From: Candidatus Poribacteria bacterium
Lineage (GTDB): Bacteria > Poribacteria > WGA-4E > WGA-3G
Assembly (NCBI GenBank): GCA_963665235.2
Contig: CAXXLX010000001.1
Coordinates: 2,176,001 to 2,240,000 of the forward strand
Reading direction: 5' to 3'
DNA: 64,000 bases
Shown: piece after piece, positions 36,879 through 47,328 of the stretch
How the letters are laid out: each line of letters begins with the position of its first letter
Numbering within the stretch: the stretch's first letter is position 1
Position numbers and translations under genes: made by a program
The notes under the pieces: generated by a model
Database searches by the model: none
What the model was told of the DNA's origin: nothing
Seen by the model: only the letters and a program-made list of their open reading frames with translations

Positions 36879-37517
36879 GATTTCCTCCAATATAAACTTC
36901 CGAAAAAGTTCCGGGTCGTGTGCTAAACTTCCGAGAAGAGATAGCGCAAATAGAAGCGTACCCCGCGTTTGTGTGTCAACAGGTGCCGTTTGTGTCTTCG
37001 CAACACATGCCTCAACCCACGCCTCGGCTGTCATACCAGCAGGCGGTTTCATCAAAGGCGTAAACGGGAGCAACCCTATCGCAGGGGACTCTAAAAATGC
37101 CTCACCCTCTAAATCAGATAGACGGATGACCTTATAGTTGAAACGCAACCCCATCGTGTCATCTCCATAGGCGTAGATGCCCGGATCTCCGCGGCCCGCG
37201 TCCGGATGCAGATAAATCACCATAGAATATACCGGCAACCCATGGCGAAGGATAAGCACGCTTGCATAGCTTAAAACACGCAACGACATAGGTTTGTCGG
37301 TGCTATCGTGTGTTTGCACCTCTATGTGGAGAATCACCATCTCGCCATTGGAACGCCGAACTTTGAAAGTCAAATCGTTTTGATGGGCCTTAATGGTAGC
37401 TTGCTTCGTATCCAATTGCTCAAGGACTTCAAGGCCAGGTTCATTGAAAACAAGGTTCGCAAACTCCCGCGCGAAGCGGTCCATAATGTGTGTAACAACA
37501 GGGTCAAATTGTCGCAT
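36606..37517 (-). CDS. Rpn/YhgA-like PD-(D/E)XK nuclease (RpnL)
   Basis: NDLTF...LHIEVQT, GLLPFTPLM, 12-bp tandem repeat encoding GIEQ x4 (36790-36839), DUF4351-like C-terminus. Confidence 0.85.
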   Translation of the reverse strand: MRQFDPVVTHIMDRFAREFANLVFNEPGLEVLEQLDTKQATIKAHQNDLTFKVRRSNGEMVILHIEVQTHDSTDKPMSLRVLSYASVLILRHGLPVYSMVIYLHPDAGRGDPGIYAYGDDTMGLRFNYKVIRLSDLEGEAFLESPAIGLLPFTPLMKPPAGMTAEAWVEACVAKTQTAPVDTQTRGTLLFALSLLGSLAHDPELFRKFILEEIMQESPFYDIVLQDGIKQGIEQGIEQGIEQGARETYITNIIAVLTTRFPDADGHTATSALEAIGDIERLTELLTLALSVPNFNTFLQVLDE

Positions 37518-37564
37518 ATAGATGGTATACCTTTACAAATGAAAGCATGCTGCTAAGACTCCGC

Positions 37565-38152
37565 TCACTGTGTGGGTGCGGTGTCGGTTTCGGGTGTCGG
37601 AAGCGCGTAATAAAGTTCGATTTCTTGAATTTTTCTGTGCTCGGCTGTGGTTGGTGCTCCGGTTTCGCTTCGCTGTGAGCGTTTTTGCCCGGTAACGCGT
37701 CGGGACTCCCATCTACGTGGAACCTTTAAACGGAATTTCGTTATCATAATCGGTTCTCTCATCGTAAATTTGTAAGCGGGCCGGAGGTTATCGCTCACCT
37801 TTTTAATGGTAATCCATTCTTCTGATTCATCTTGGTATTGAATTTCGAAGAATTCCAATTCTCCCACTTTTGCCTTAACGATGACCTGTTGAATGGTCTG
37901 TGGTCTTTTCCAAGTGAGTACTGCCTCGGTGTAATTATCGGCTTCCCTTTGGGCCTCCATATCCCTTCCGCCTCCAGTTATAGGGCCGGTTTCGCCTTCG
38001 GTGTAAATATTGTCGTCATTGAATTTCCTGTCGCTGCCCAAAGCGTCAAGCGCAATGTTCTTACTCCAGTTGGTTGGCGATTTTGATATGAGTGCACACC
38101 CGAACAGGACGATGCAGGCACAGAGCATTGTCGCTAGTAATGCAAAACGCAT
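37565..38152 (-). CDS. Hypothetical lipoprotein, discoidin/galactose-binding-like fold
   Basis: Lipobox LFGC; AAGGAG RBS; paralog of 38256-38891. Confidence 0.7.
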   Translation of the reverse strand: MRFALLATMLCACIVLFGCALISKSPTNWSKNIALDALGSDRKFNDDNIYTEGETGPITGGGRDMEAQREADNYTEAVLTWKRPQTIQQVIVKAKVGELEFFEIQYQDESEEWITIKKVSDNLRPAYKFTMREPIMITKFRLKVPRRWESRRVTGQKRSQRSETGAPTTAEHRKIQEIELYYALPTPETDTAPTQ

Positions 38153-38255
38153 GTATTTCTCCTTTAGCACAAAGCGCGGCACGCGAGAGATGCTATTCTT
38201 CGGATTTTAAGGCTCAGGCGGCTTTTTCATAAATAGCCACCTAAGCATTATTTTC

Positions 38256-38891
38256 CTACTCTAAGTCAAGTAAATCGTCGAGTTCTTGTTCACGGCTATC
38301 AGCAGCTTTATCAGCAGCCATCTCCTTTGTGGATTTGTAGCCGTAAATTTCAATTTCTCGGATTTTACCGGGAGCCCCTGTTGTGCTGACGAAGGTAATT
38401 CCGCCGAGGCGCTGGTTTTTCTCCCGGGCGAGTTGTGCGTCTTCTGTTGTTTTTAGGACGCGCACCCGAATCCGATCTGTTGGGAACGGAATGGAGACGA
38501 GTAATTCAACGGGGCTCGGTCTGAAATTTTTGACCTCTTTGACCAAAACCCAGTCAGCGGTGGCAAGTGCACTTCCGCCTTTGTCTGCTGCGATGTCATA
38601 TTCTTTTAAATTATCGGTGTGAATCACAATTCGGCGGATCATTTTTTTCTCGGGTAACGTAACAACGACTTCCGATCTGCCGCGGACGAGCTGTTTCATC
38701 GTTTCTGCGGAAACATTGGTTTGCCCAATGGTATTGAGGTTGCCATCAATCATTTCAGGACTTGTGGCTCGTGTGCCTTCGAGAAGCGAGTAGTTTTCGC
38801 TCCACTCTTGGGCGGTAATTATGCCGCATCCTACCATCATAATGGAAAAACAGGTAAGCAGTAAGGCAACACTCAGCAATCTGTAATACAT
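38256..38891 (-). CDS. Hypothetical lipoprotein, discoidin/galactose-binding-like fold
   Basis: Lipobox MVGC; MIDGNLNT, IRRIVI, KIREIEIYG. Confidence 0.72.
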   Translation of the reverse strand: MYYRLLSVALLLTCFSIMMVGCGIITAQEWSENYSLLEGTRATSPEMIDGNLNTIGQTNVSAETMKQLVRGRSEVVVTLPEKKMIRRIVIHTDNLKEYDIAADKGGSALATADWVLVKEVKNFRPSPVELLVSIPFPTDRIRVRVLKTTEDAQLAREKNQRLGGITFVSTTGAPGKIREIEIYGYKSTKEMAADKAADSREQELDDLLDLE

Positions 38892-39167
38892 CTTTTTTGA
38901 CTCCTTTTTTAGTAAGTTGTGCGAGGGGGTTCAAAGCTACATAGCGGATGCAACTTTTAGTTTTCTCGCGCGGAACAGAAAATAGATTAAATTGTCTGGA
39001 TACGCTAATATGATACCATAAAACAGGAAAAAAAACAAAAAATGTTTTTTGATGCGGCGACATTCAGTTTGCAAAAGAGCTAAATGTCGCTGTTGGCTTG
39101 ATATACACGGGCGGCCCGGTCCCTTCATCCATATCTACAGCAAAATCCGCGTTCAGTTGGTGTCGCA

Positions 39168-40166
39168 TTATCGACTTTGCTGCGCGATTTTTTGAAGGAT
39201 TTCTTCTTTTGTCAACGGCTGCACTTTAAATTTAAGTTTCTCAAAAAACGGTACTAAGTTTGCGCCAGAGGCTTCATTCAGATAATAGACGAGGAAGCTT
39301 ACTGGCATGGCGCTGGGCAGTTTGTTGTGAAGTTGGTCAGCTTCCATCAGCTGAAAAACTTTAATATATAAATTGTCTCCGTATCGGGCTCGGAGTTCGG
39401 ACACGATAGAGTAGGCGTAACGGTATCGCCATTGGCTGCCGCCTTGGTGGGATGTCCAATCTTCTAGGTCATTGACATCGTCTAGATTTACTTTTAAATT
39501 TTCCTCGAGTGAGTCAAATTTAGGGTGTGAGCGGCCTTTCGCCCATTCCATTTGCATCAGAACGGCAAGCCCTTCGTTAAACCAGGTTGGGAGGAAATAG
39601 ATGTTCGTAAAAGCGTGTGTGAGTTCATGTACGCGCACGTCGGGTTTTTCATACATCGCCAACGGAAAATCCATTCCGATGCCGGTAACAAATTTCAGCG
39701 AGGTTCCTGCTCTCCTCTCGTGCCGGTACTGTGTAGTAGTAGTGGCCACGTTTCTTCTGCCCTGATAAACATCATGGAATGTTACGTGAATTTTATGTTC
39801 AGGTTGGAATCCGAAGATAGTATACAATTCATCGTAGAGACTTTCCATGTATGTAAGTGCGCTTTCCATGAATTCCCGCCGTTCTACAGTTTCGTCGAAA
39901 TTTTCATGGTTTTTCAAATCTTGAGCGAAGGTAACCGTATAGTGGTCGCTTTCTGCTTTCCGTGCGTCGTCGTCGATTTTCGTTTCGCTTTTTGAGGGTG
40001 ATAGCATTACATAGTCATCTTTCCTTTTTTCCAGCATGCGCTCTTGTCTGCGTTGCTGTGCCTCTTGCAAGGCGGTGCAACTGCTGAGAAACAGATAACT
40101 TGCTAGTCCGAAAAATAGGACTATCTTTACCGCAGTGATGTTTAAAACGTTTCTGTTGTGCTTCAT
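39168..40166 (-). CDS. Lipoprotein zinc metallopeptidase (gluzincin, peptidase MA-like)
   Basis: HELTH...PTWFNEGLA; lipobox LSSC. Confidence 0.8.
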   Translation of the reverse strand: MKHNRNVLNITAVKIVLFFGLASYLFLSSCTALQEAQQRRQERMLEKRKDDYVMLSPSKSETKIDDDARKAESDHYTVTFAQDLKNHENFDETVERREFMESALTYMESLYDELYTIFGFQPEHKIHVTFHDVYQGRRNVATTTTQYRHERRAGTSLKFVTGIGMDFPLAMYEKPDVRVHELTHAFTNIYFLPTWFNEGLAVLMQMEWAKGRSHPKFDSLEENLKVNLDDVNDLEDWTSHQGGSQWRYRYAYSIVSELRARYGDNLYIKVFQLMEADQLHNKLPSAMPVSFLVYYLNEASGANLVPFFEKLKFKVQPLTKEEILQKIAQQSR

Positions 40167-40280
40167 AACTTCTCCTATAAACTTTATATTTTTAATATTT
40201 TACCAAAAGTTCCGGGCTTTTGCAAGTCAAAATTTCAGAACAGGCGTTTGGCGTTACAGACGTGGGGAGCGTAAGCTCTG

Positions 40281-41750
40281 CTATGGTTTGGTTACAAATT
40301 TCCACGTTGTGCCTTGTCGGGTATCCTGGATTTCGACGTTTAGCTCTTTCAGTCTATCCCGAATTTTATCTGAAGTGTCCCAATCCTTCCGTTGTTTTGC
40401 TTCTGCTCGAACCTCTAGGAGGAGTGAAATGAGTGCTTCCGCTTGTTCCATTGATTGTCTTGGTGCGTCCTGTGTCTGCTGCTGCGCGATACCGAGCACA
40501 TCACATGTTGTTAGTAGAGCGTTATGGGCAGCAGCAAGGAGTGAGGCGGTTTCGTCTGTTTTGCTGTGGGCATAATGTGTTAGGAATTGGTTGACTTTCC
40601 CGACGAAAGTGAAGATTGTGCCCAATGCTCTTGCAGTGTTGAAGTCCATATCCATGGCGGTTTGAAAATCTGCTTTTAGGCGTTGTATCTGTTGTGCAAA
40701 TTCAGTTTCGGTGGCTGTGCGTTGAGGGTTTGCTGGGAGTTCCGCTGCGGAGTTGCTATCAGTTTCCGCTTGCAGTGCTTCGATGCAATTGTTGAGTCGT
40801 CGGAGTGCGCCCTCGGATGTTTTGAGGCTTTCAGGCGAGTAGTCAAGCGGGTGTCTGTAGTGGGCGGAGTTGAGGAAGTGTCGAACGACCTCTGTGGGGT
40901 ATGCCTCGAGTGCATCTCGGAGTCGGATAAAGTTCTGTTCAGATTTTCCCATGCGTTTTCCATTAATTTGTAGGAATGCGACGTGTATCCAGTAGCGTGC
41001 GAAGGGTTTTCCTGTCGCCATTTCGCTCTGTGCGATTTCGTTTTCGTGGTGTGGGAACAGTAGGTCTTCGCCGCCGGCGTGTATATCAATACTTTCTCCG
41101 AGATGTTTCATCGCCATGGCGGAGCATTCGATATGCCATCCGGGTCTTCCGTTACCCCAGGGGCTGTCCCAATAGGGTTCGCCCGGTTTTGCGGCTTTCC
41201 ACATGTCGAAATCCCGGGGGTCTTCCTTACGTTTATCGATTTCAACGCGCGCGCCTGCTTGGAGGTCTTCAGGTTTTCGGTGTGAGAGTTTGCCGTATTC
41301 TGGAAAAGCGTTGACACGATAATAGACGCTGCCATCAATGACATAAGCTGCCCCCTTGTGAATAAGGGTTTGAATGAGGGTTATCATTTCCGGGATGTGC
41401 TCTGTGGCTTTCGGATGCACATCTGCTGCCTCAATTCCGAGTCGTTGGGCATCTTCAAAGTAGGCTTCTCCGTTTACTTGTGCCAGTTCGCTTGCGCTGG
41501 TGCCAAGTGTTTGGGCCCGCGTAATAATTTTATCATCAATATCTGTTAGATTTTGCACCAGTTTGACTGTATATCCGCTATATGTGAGGTATCGGCGGAT
41601 AATATCGGTAACAAGTGCTGTTCGGGCATTTCCGATGTGAATGTAGTCGTAAACGGTGGGGCCACAGCTGTACATTGAGACGTGCCCCTCTTCGAGTGGC
41701 GAAAATTCTTCAAGCTCTCTGCTAAGGGAGTTATATATTTTTAGTGCCAT
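40281..41750 (-). CDS. cysS: Cysteine--tRNA ligase
   Basis: [40 protein letters not shown]-equivalent RMGKS. Confidence 0.97.
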   Translation of the reverse strand: MALKIYNSLSRELEEFSPLEEGHVSMYSCGPTVYDYIHIGNARTALVTDIIRRYLTYSGYTVKLVQNLTDIDDKIITRAQTLGTSASELAQVNGEAYFEDAQRLGIEAADVHPKATEHIPEMITLIQTLIHKGAAYVIDGSVYYRVNAFPEYGKLSHRKPEDLQAGARVEIDKRKEDPRDFDMWKAAKPGEPYWDSPWGNGRPGWHIECSAMAMKHLGESIDIHAGGEDLLFPHHENEIAQSEMATGKPFARYWIHVAFLQINGKRMGKSEQNFIRLRDALEAYPTEVVRHFLNSAHYRHPLDYSPESLKTSEGALRRLNNCIEALQAETDSNSAAELPANPQRTATETEFAQQIQRLKADFQTAMDMDFNTARALGTIFTFVGKVNQFLTHYAHSKTDETASLLAAAHNALLTTCDVLGIAQQQTQDAPRQSMEQAEALISLLLEVRAEAKQRKDWDTSDKIRDRLKELNVEIQDTRQGTTWKFVTKP

Positions 41751-41826
41751 TGGTTTTCTCTTCTTTTTTCTGTTAAGAGATTATGTGATTAGGAGCGGTG
41801 TCCTGGTTTGCGTCACTCCGAACGAT

Positions 41827-42300
41827 TTAGGGAATAATGAGGCAGGCGACGGCTTCAGCGACTATTGCTTTGCCTTCGCCGACGATGCCTAACCCTTCCG
41901 ATGTTGTAGCTTTGACACTCACGCGTTCCGCTGGAATGCCGAGTGTTTTTGCGAGTACGTGGCGCATCTGTAAAATATAGGGGGCTAATTTCGGTTGTTG
42001 CGCGATGACCGTACTATCAATGTTTTCAATTGTGTAGCCGTGTTCCCTAACCTTTGCTGCGATAGTCGTTAGGAAAATAAGGCTGTCCATTCCTTGATAA
42101 TCAGCGTCTGTATCAGGAAAATGTGTTCCGATATCTCCGAGTGCGGCTGCGCCTAGGATTGCGTCACAGATAGCGTGTGTTAAAACATCGGCATCTGAGT
42201 GTCCTAACAATCCCAGATGATATGGGATTTCTACGCCTCCCAAAATCAATTTTCGATTTTCCGTGAGTCGGTGAACGTCGTAACCAATCCCTATTCTCAT
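41827..42300 (-). CDS. ispF: 2-C-methyl-D-erythritol 2,4-cyclodiphosphate synthase
   Basis: GIGYDVH, GHSDADV, DIGTHFP, VKATT.E. Confidence 0.97.
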   Translation of the reverse strand: MRIGIGYDVHRLTENRKLILGGVEIPYHLGLLGHSDADVLTHAICDAILGAAALGDIGTHFPDTDADYQGMDSLIFLTTIAAKVREHGYTIENIDSTVIAQQPKLAPYILQMRHVLAKTLGIPAERVSVKATTSEGLGIVGEGKAIVAEAVACLIIP

Positions 42301-42314
42301 TTAGTGTTTCCTGC

Positions 42315-43028
42315 CTAGCGGACAGCGTCCGTGAGAAACGTTTCCGCAATCCGTAGGTCCTCTGGTGTTGTTAGTTTTATGTTCCTATAGCTGCCGGTAA
42401 CCAATTTGATGGGGTGCCCGAGTTGTTCCACGAGTGCTGCATCATCTGTTGCAGTAATACCGTTCCGACGTGCTTTTTCGTGTGCTTCTACTAATAGTGA
42501 TTTACGAAAACATTGCGGTGTCTGGACACGCCAGAGTCGGTGTCGTTCAGGGGTATCCACGACGAACAGTTCTTCGTTTGCGACCTTAATAGTCTCCTTG
42601 ATGGGTACCGCTGTGACGGCGGCTCCCCATTCAGCTGCGGCTGTGAGGCATTCAAAAATTATCTCTTCGGTTACAAATGGTCGTACGCCATCGTGGACTA
42701 GGACAAACTCCACATCGTCTGTGAGTGTACGAAGGGCGTTGAACACAGAAATTTGCCGGGTTTCCCCACCGGTGACCAATTGCTGTACCTTCTGGTATCG
42801 ATAAGGTTTGAGTATTGTTGTGCGGCACATTTCGACATCGGCTCTGTCTACCACCACAAAAATTTCATCGATTGCGCTGTGCTGTTCAAAGCGGTCAATT
42901 GTGTGTGCAAGGATTGGCTTTTTTCCCAACGTGAGGTAGGGTTTTTTCACCGATACTTTCATCCGGCTGCCTTCGCCTGCTGCGGGGATGAGGACAGTTA
43001 TCTTACTGTTTATTTGCGTCCACTTCAT
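42315..43028 (-). CDS. ispD: 2-C-methyl-D-erythritol 4-phosphate cytidylyltransferase
   Basis: PAAG.GSRM, GGETRQ.SV, VHDGVRP, QTPQ, TDDA, NIKLTTPED. Confidence 0.96.
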   Translation of the reverse strand: MKWTQINSKITVLIPAAGEGSRMKVSVKKPYLTLGKKPILAHTIDRFEQHSAIDEIFVVVDRADVEMCRTTILKPYRYQKVQQLVTGGETRQISVFNALRTLTDDVEFVLVHDGVRPFVTEEIIFECLTAAAEWGAAVTAVPIKETIKVANEELFVVDTPERHRLWRVQTPQCFRKSLLVEAHEKARRNGITATDDAALVEQLGHPIKLVTGSYRNIKLTTPEDLRIAETFLTDAVR

Positions 43029-44056
43029 CGGGTGCCTTTCTCTGGGACGGGGGCCTCTGCGTTGCGGGCGAAAATCATCTGGCCTGTGCTAGTCCGCAAC
43101 ATCTGTGTTACGACCACATCGAGGGTTTGTCCGATATGCGCTTTGCCATCTTCAACGATAACCATTGTGCCATCATCGAGATAACCTACCCCCTGTTTCG
43201 GTTCTTTGCCAACCTTTTGCAGATGAACTTGTATAATTTCTCCAGCGATTACAATCGGCCGGATAGCATTTGCTAATTCGTTAATATTCAGTACTTTGAC
43301 TCCTTGCAATTCGGCTACCTTATTCAGATTTTGATCGTTGGTAATGATTTTTGCTGCGTATTTGCGCGCGAGATGGACTAGCTTAGCATCAACCTCGGTG
43401 AGGTGCGTCACTTCTTCCTCTATGATTTCAACAGCAATGAATGGGCTCTTCTGAAGTGAGCGTAGAATATCAAAGCCACGGCGCCCCTTATTGCGGCGCA
43501 GGAAATCGGTCGAATCAGCGATATGCTGTAACTCGTTCAGTACAAACCGTGGGATTAGCAGAGTGCCATCAATAAACTGTGTTTGACAGATTTCAAGGAT
43601 ACGTCCATCAATGATTACGCTTGTATCTAAAATTTTAAAGTCATCTCCTCTGGGGGTTACTGCTAGTGCACCTATTTGAGAATATCGATAGGAGTCTAGG
43701 AGTCTTACGACAGGCAAACTTCCCGAAATATAGTAGCCACTCACCATGCCAATATACCCTAATCCGAAGGTAATTATGAGTTCTAAACTGCTGTTTAAGT
43801 CAATGCCTTGGGTGGTGCTCACGGGTGATTGGGGGAGGAAACGGAGCAGTACTTGAGAAAGCAACAACCCGAATGCAAGTCCCATGGCACTAGCAATAAA
43901 CCTACGGGCCCGGGGCAGGTGAAAACAGAACTCTCCTGCGACGAGGATGCATGCAACAGCAATCCCACCCAAGCGAGCGGTGGTTGTATCGGTCAGGTTG
44001 AAGCAGGCGATACCGGTTGCGATTATAAAAAAGAGGCGAATTCCCCAAATTTGCAT
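43025..44056 (-). CDS. PIN/TRAM domain membrane protein (YacL-like)
   Basis: N-terminal TMs, KILDTSVIIDGR, TND.NLNKVA, GKEPKQGVGYLDDGTMVIVE; between radA and ispD. Confidence 0.92.
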   Translation of the reverse strand: MQIWGIRLFFIIATGIACFNLTDTTTARLGGIAVACILVAGEFCFHLPRARRFIASAMGLAFGLLLSQVLLRFLPQSPVSTTQGIDLNSSLELIITFGLGYIGMVSGYYISGSLPVVRLLDSYRYSQIGALAVTPRGDDFKILDTSVIIDGRILEICQTQFIDGTLLIPRFVLNELQHIADSTDFLRRNKGRRGFDILRSLQKSPFIAVEIIEEEVTHLTEVDAKLVHLARKYAAKIITNDQNLNKVAELQGVKVLNINELANAIRPIVIAGEIIQVHLQKVGKEPKQGVGYLDDGTMVIVEDGKAHIGQTLDVVVTQMLRTSTGQMIFARNAEAPVPEKGTR

Positions 44057-44295
44057 AGTTCTTCCGATGCATGTTTTGCCTATTGACAGCCCCTTCGCGC
44101 TGAAGCATGGGAGAGGCTTGGGTTTGTCAAGTTTCAGCAATTGGTCCGTGCCTTTAGTGGAGGTAGCGGTGTATTTCGGATTAAGTTAATTTGGTATGAG
44201 TCAATCTTTCAACTATTATAGCAACATTTTAGGGCAGAAGTCAAATTAAAATGCTAAAACTGATTGTTTAGGTCCTTATCGGGTTGTAGGTCTAG

Positions 44296-45657
44296 TTATA
44301 GCAGAACGCTTAGGCTATCATAGACATCGTTGACTCCGACGAGTTCAATTTTCTCATTTATCTCAATCCCTTTCTGATTGTATGCTGGAAAAATGGCGCG
44401 GGTGAATCCAAGTTTTGCGGCTTCTCGTAGCCGTTTTTCGATCTGTGGTACTGGGCGAATTTCGCCGCCGAGTCCAACTTCTCCAATGACAACGGTGCGC
44501 GGGTCAGCTGGGATGTTCCGATGGCTTGAGGCGATTGCGAGCAGCACGCCGAGGTCAATGCCGGGTTCATCAATGCGAAGTCCGCCGGTAATGTTTACGA
44601 AGATGTCGGAGTCGCCAACGTCCATGCCGATTCGTTTATTCAAAACGGCAACTAGCAGAGAGACGCGGTGCCGGTCAACGCCGGTTGCAGTGTTACGCGG
44701 GGTGCCGTAGTGAGTCGGGGCAACGAGGGCTTGCACTTCCATTAATAGCGGTCGGGTGCCCTCTATACTTGAGACCACGATGGAGCCGGAAATTTCTTGT
44801 TCTCTATCACTCAAGAAAAGTTCTGATGGGTTCTTTACGTCAACTAGGCCTTTGCTTTGCATTTCAAAGATGCCGATTTCATTTGTTGACCCGAACCGGT
44901 TTTTAATTGCCCGTAGGACACGATAGATGTGCTGGCGTTCTCCTTCAAAATATAGGACTGTATCTACCATGTGTTCCAAAATTCGTGGGCCTGCTAATGC
45001 GCCCTCTTTTGTGACGTGTCCTACGAGAAACACGGGGATGTTTCGATTTTTGGCGTAAATTAAGAGATGTGCTGCGCATTCCCGTATTTGGGTGATGCTG
45101 CCCGGAGCGGATTGGAATCCGGATAGATAGACTGTTTGGATGGAATCAATGATGACGGCTATCGGTTTCAGCGTTTCTATATGTCTTTCCACGACTTCTA
45201 GGTTATTTTCACAAAGGACATAGAGCGTATCCGAAGTTACGCCGAGGCGTGTGGAGCGGAGTTTTGTTTGGCTCACGGATTCTTCGCCGGATACATAAAG
45301 TACGTCGCCATATTTTCGGCTAAGTGCATCACTGGCTTGTAGGAGCAAGGTGGATTTGCCAATGCCCGGGTCGCCCCCGATTAGGACGACGGAGCCTGGT
45401 ACAATTCCGCCGCCGAGGACTCTGTCAAATTCTGCCATTCCTGTGAGTTGGCGTTCGATTTCTGTCGCTGTCACTTGAGAAATTGGTTCCGGCTTGCTGG
45501 CATGCTGCCCGATGCCTCGGTGGATAGGGGAGGGCGTGGCGGCCTCTATCTCTTCGGCAAAGCTGCTCCATGCTTGACATCCGGGGCATCTGCCGAGTGT
45601 TTTTGGCGTTGTATAACCACATTCTTGACAGATAAATTTACGTTTTGCGCGTGCCAT
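44296..45657 (-). CDS. radA: DNA repair protein RadA/Sms
   Basis: C4 zinc finger, GGDPGIGKST, KNRFG motif, Lon-like C-terminus. Confidence 0.97.
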   Translation of the reverse strand: MARAKRKFICQECGYTTPKTLGRCPGCQAWSSFAEEIEAATPSPIHRGIGQHASKPEPISQVTATEIERQLTGMAEFDRVLGGGIVPGSVVLIGGDPGIGKSTLLLQASDALSRKYGDVLYVSGEESVSQTKLRSTRLGVTSDTLYVLCENNLEVVERHIETLKPIAVIIDSIQTVYLSGFQSAPGSITQIRECAAHLLIYAKNRNIPVFLVGHVTKEGALAGPRILEHMVDTVLYFEGERQHIYRVLRAIKNRFGSTNEIGIFEMQSKGLVDVKNPSELFLSDREQEISGSIVVSSIEGTRPLLMEVQALVAPTHYGTPRNTATGVDRHRVSLLVAVLNKRIGMDVGDSDIFVNITGGLRIDEPGIDLGVLLAIASSHRNIPADPRTVVIGEVGLGGEIRPVPQIEKRLREAAKLGFTRAIFPAYNQKGIEINEKIELVGVNDVYDSLSVLL

Positions 45658-45762
45658 GATAAATTATAACCTATTGTAGGTGGGGTTTCAAACTTGAAAT
45701 CAACTTGAATCTGAGGATAACAAATAGTGAGATGTTTCCGAACAAATGGTTTGCGTGTCCGT

Positions 45763-47328
45763 TTACCATTCGCGAGAGAGTAATCTGAACCCTGTTATCC
45801 AATTCCGTTCACCTCTCCAATCTTCGACACCGACGAGAAGATGGGCTCCCCGATAAATCCGGAAAATTAATTCAGCATTCAGTGCCGGTTTATCGCTCGT
45901 TAGACTGACTCCTTCAAGGGCGATGCCGAGTCGTCGTGATAACATCCATAGTTCAATTCCGGCTCCGACTTTTGAACGTGTAAACCCGGCGCTGCCTTGC
46001 AAATAGTCAGTAAAGTTATAGGCATATTGAAGGTCAACGCCGATTTTTTCGTCCCGGATGCCTAATCCGAAGCGATAAAAGCTATTTGTGGGTGGCACAA
46101 GCAGGAATGCCAATTCATTGTGTAAGTTTTTATCTACACCTAGATAGCGGAGTTCATAATCCAATTCGAACTCGGGTAGCTTGATAGCTTCGGCGCGCTT
46201 CGCTGTTTCCTCATAAAATTCCTTGAGCGATGTTACGACTTCATTCATGCCGGTCAAGGTTTTTCGTGTGTCTTCGAAGAGTTCAGGATTGTTAAGGAGC
46301 TGTGCCACGGTGCCTTCACCATGTTTCACAGTGTTTACGAGTTCACTGATATTGGTTTCTAAGGTAGTGATTGCGGTTGTTGCTGTCTGTAGGTTTTTAA
46401 GAATGGGTTTAACATCTGTGGTGCCTGTTTCGATGAGCTTGCTACTTTGGGCGATGAGTGTAGAGAGCTCGGTTTTCAATTCGGTGGAGTTTTGTCGAAA
46501 TAGGGTGATTGTCTGTCGAAAATCGGTTGTGCTGCGCTGTAAGTCGGTTAGAATATTGTTAATCTTTGGCGAATTTTGGTCGATGAGGCGCAGCAGTGAG
46601 CGGTTTACATCGCTAATCTGACTACTAATTATCAAAGAAGCATCTGTGAGTTGGTCTATCATCCGGTTCGTTTTCAGGAGCGTCTGTTGAAATCGTTTAT
46701 CGTAATTATCGGCTAGGTCCATCAATGTTGCGACAGTGTCATCCATATTTTTCGTAAATTTTTCGAGCGTTTTCCCTGTCAATGTGAGAAGTTCGCGGGC
46801 ATCCTTAATGCCTTGTTGAATTTCGGACTGATTTGTTTGGAGCAGTTTATTTGCAGCGGCTGTCAATTCAATGGCTTGGTTGAGCCCGGAACTGGTTTGT
46901 TCCAGCAATTCCAGCGGGTTGACAGGGTCAATTCCGATAATAGGGAGGTCAGCTGGTTGGAGTGCGGGATTGCCAATATCTCCATTGTCTAGCGCGATGT
47001 ATATCTCACCGACGAAGCCGCTCATAGAAATGCGTGCGTTGCAGCCTTTCCGAAGCAACTTAAAAGCCTCTTTGACGCGCGCTCGGATTTTGACAGTATT
47101 TGTTTCTGCTTGTAACTCAATGCCTGTCACTTTACCGATGGAAACACCGGATAGATATATGCCTGCTCCTGGGTAGAGCCCATTAACTGCTCGAAATTGG
47201 AAGTAGATATCGTTGCCGCGTGTGCTCCAGGGCCAGTTTCCTGCATTGGTAAGAAGAATAGCGAATAAGATAACGGCTATAACGAGCATAAGCCCTACTT
47301 TGACAGATGGGGTCCAAAATTTCATCAA
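45763..47328 (-). CDS. mlaD: MCE/MlaD family protein with long helical region
   Basis: N-terminal TM, F..VNGL..G..I.LSGV.IGKV MCE motif, GEGTVAQLLNN. Confidence 0.85.
   Translation of the reverse strand: MMKFWTPSVKVGLMLVIAVILFAILLTNAGNWPWSTRGNDIYFQFRAVNGLYPGAGIYLSGVSIGKVTGIELQAETNTVKIRARVKEAFKLLRKGCNARISMSGFVGEIYIALDNGDIGNPALQPADLPIIGIDPVNPLELLEQTSSGLNQAIELTAAANKLLQTNQSEIQQGIKDARELLTLTGKTLEKFTKNMDDTVATLMDLADNYDKRFQQTLLKTNRMIDQLTDASLIISSQISDVNRSLLRLIDQNSPKINNILTDLQRSTTDFRQTITLFRQNSTELKTELSTLIAQSSKLIETGTTDVKPILKNLQTATTAITTLETNISELVNTVKHGEGTVAQLLNNPELFEDTRKTLTGMNEVVTSLKEFYEETAKRAEAIKLPEFELDYELRYLGVDKNLHNELAFLLVPPTNSFYRFGLGIRDEKIGVDLQYAYNFTDYLQGSAGFTRSKVGAGIELWMLSRRLGIALEGVSLTSDKPALNAELIFRIYRGAHLLVGVEDWRGERNWITGFRLLSREW

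Noticed and set aside
41751-41826. T-box leader for cysS
   Set aside because: Only ~75 bp and no T-box consensus (AATTTGGGTGGAACC-like) visible.
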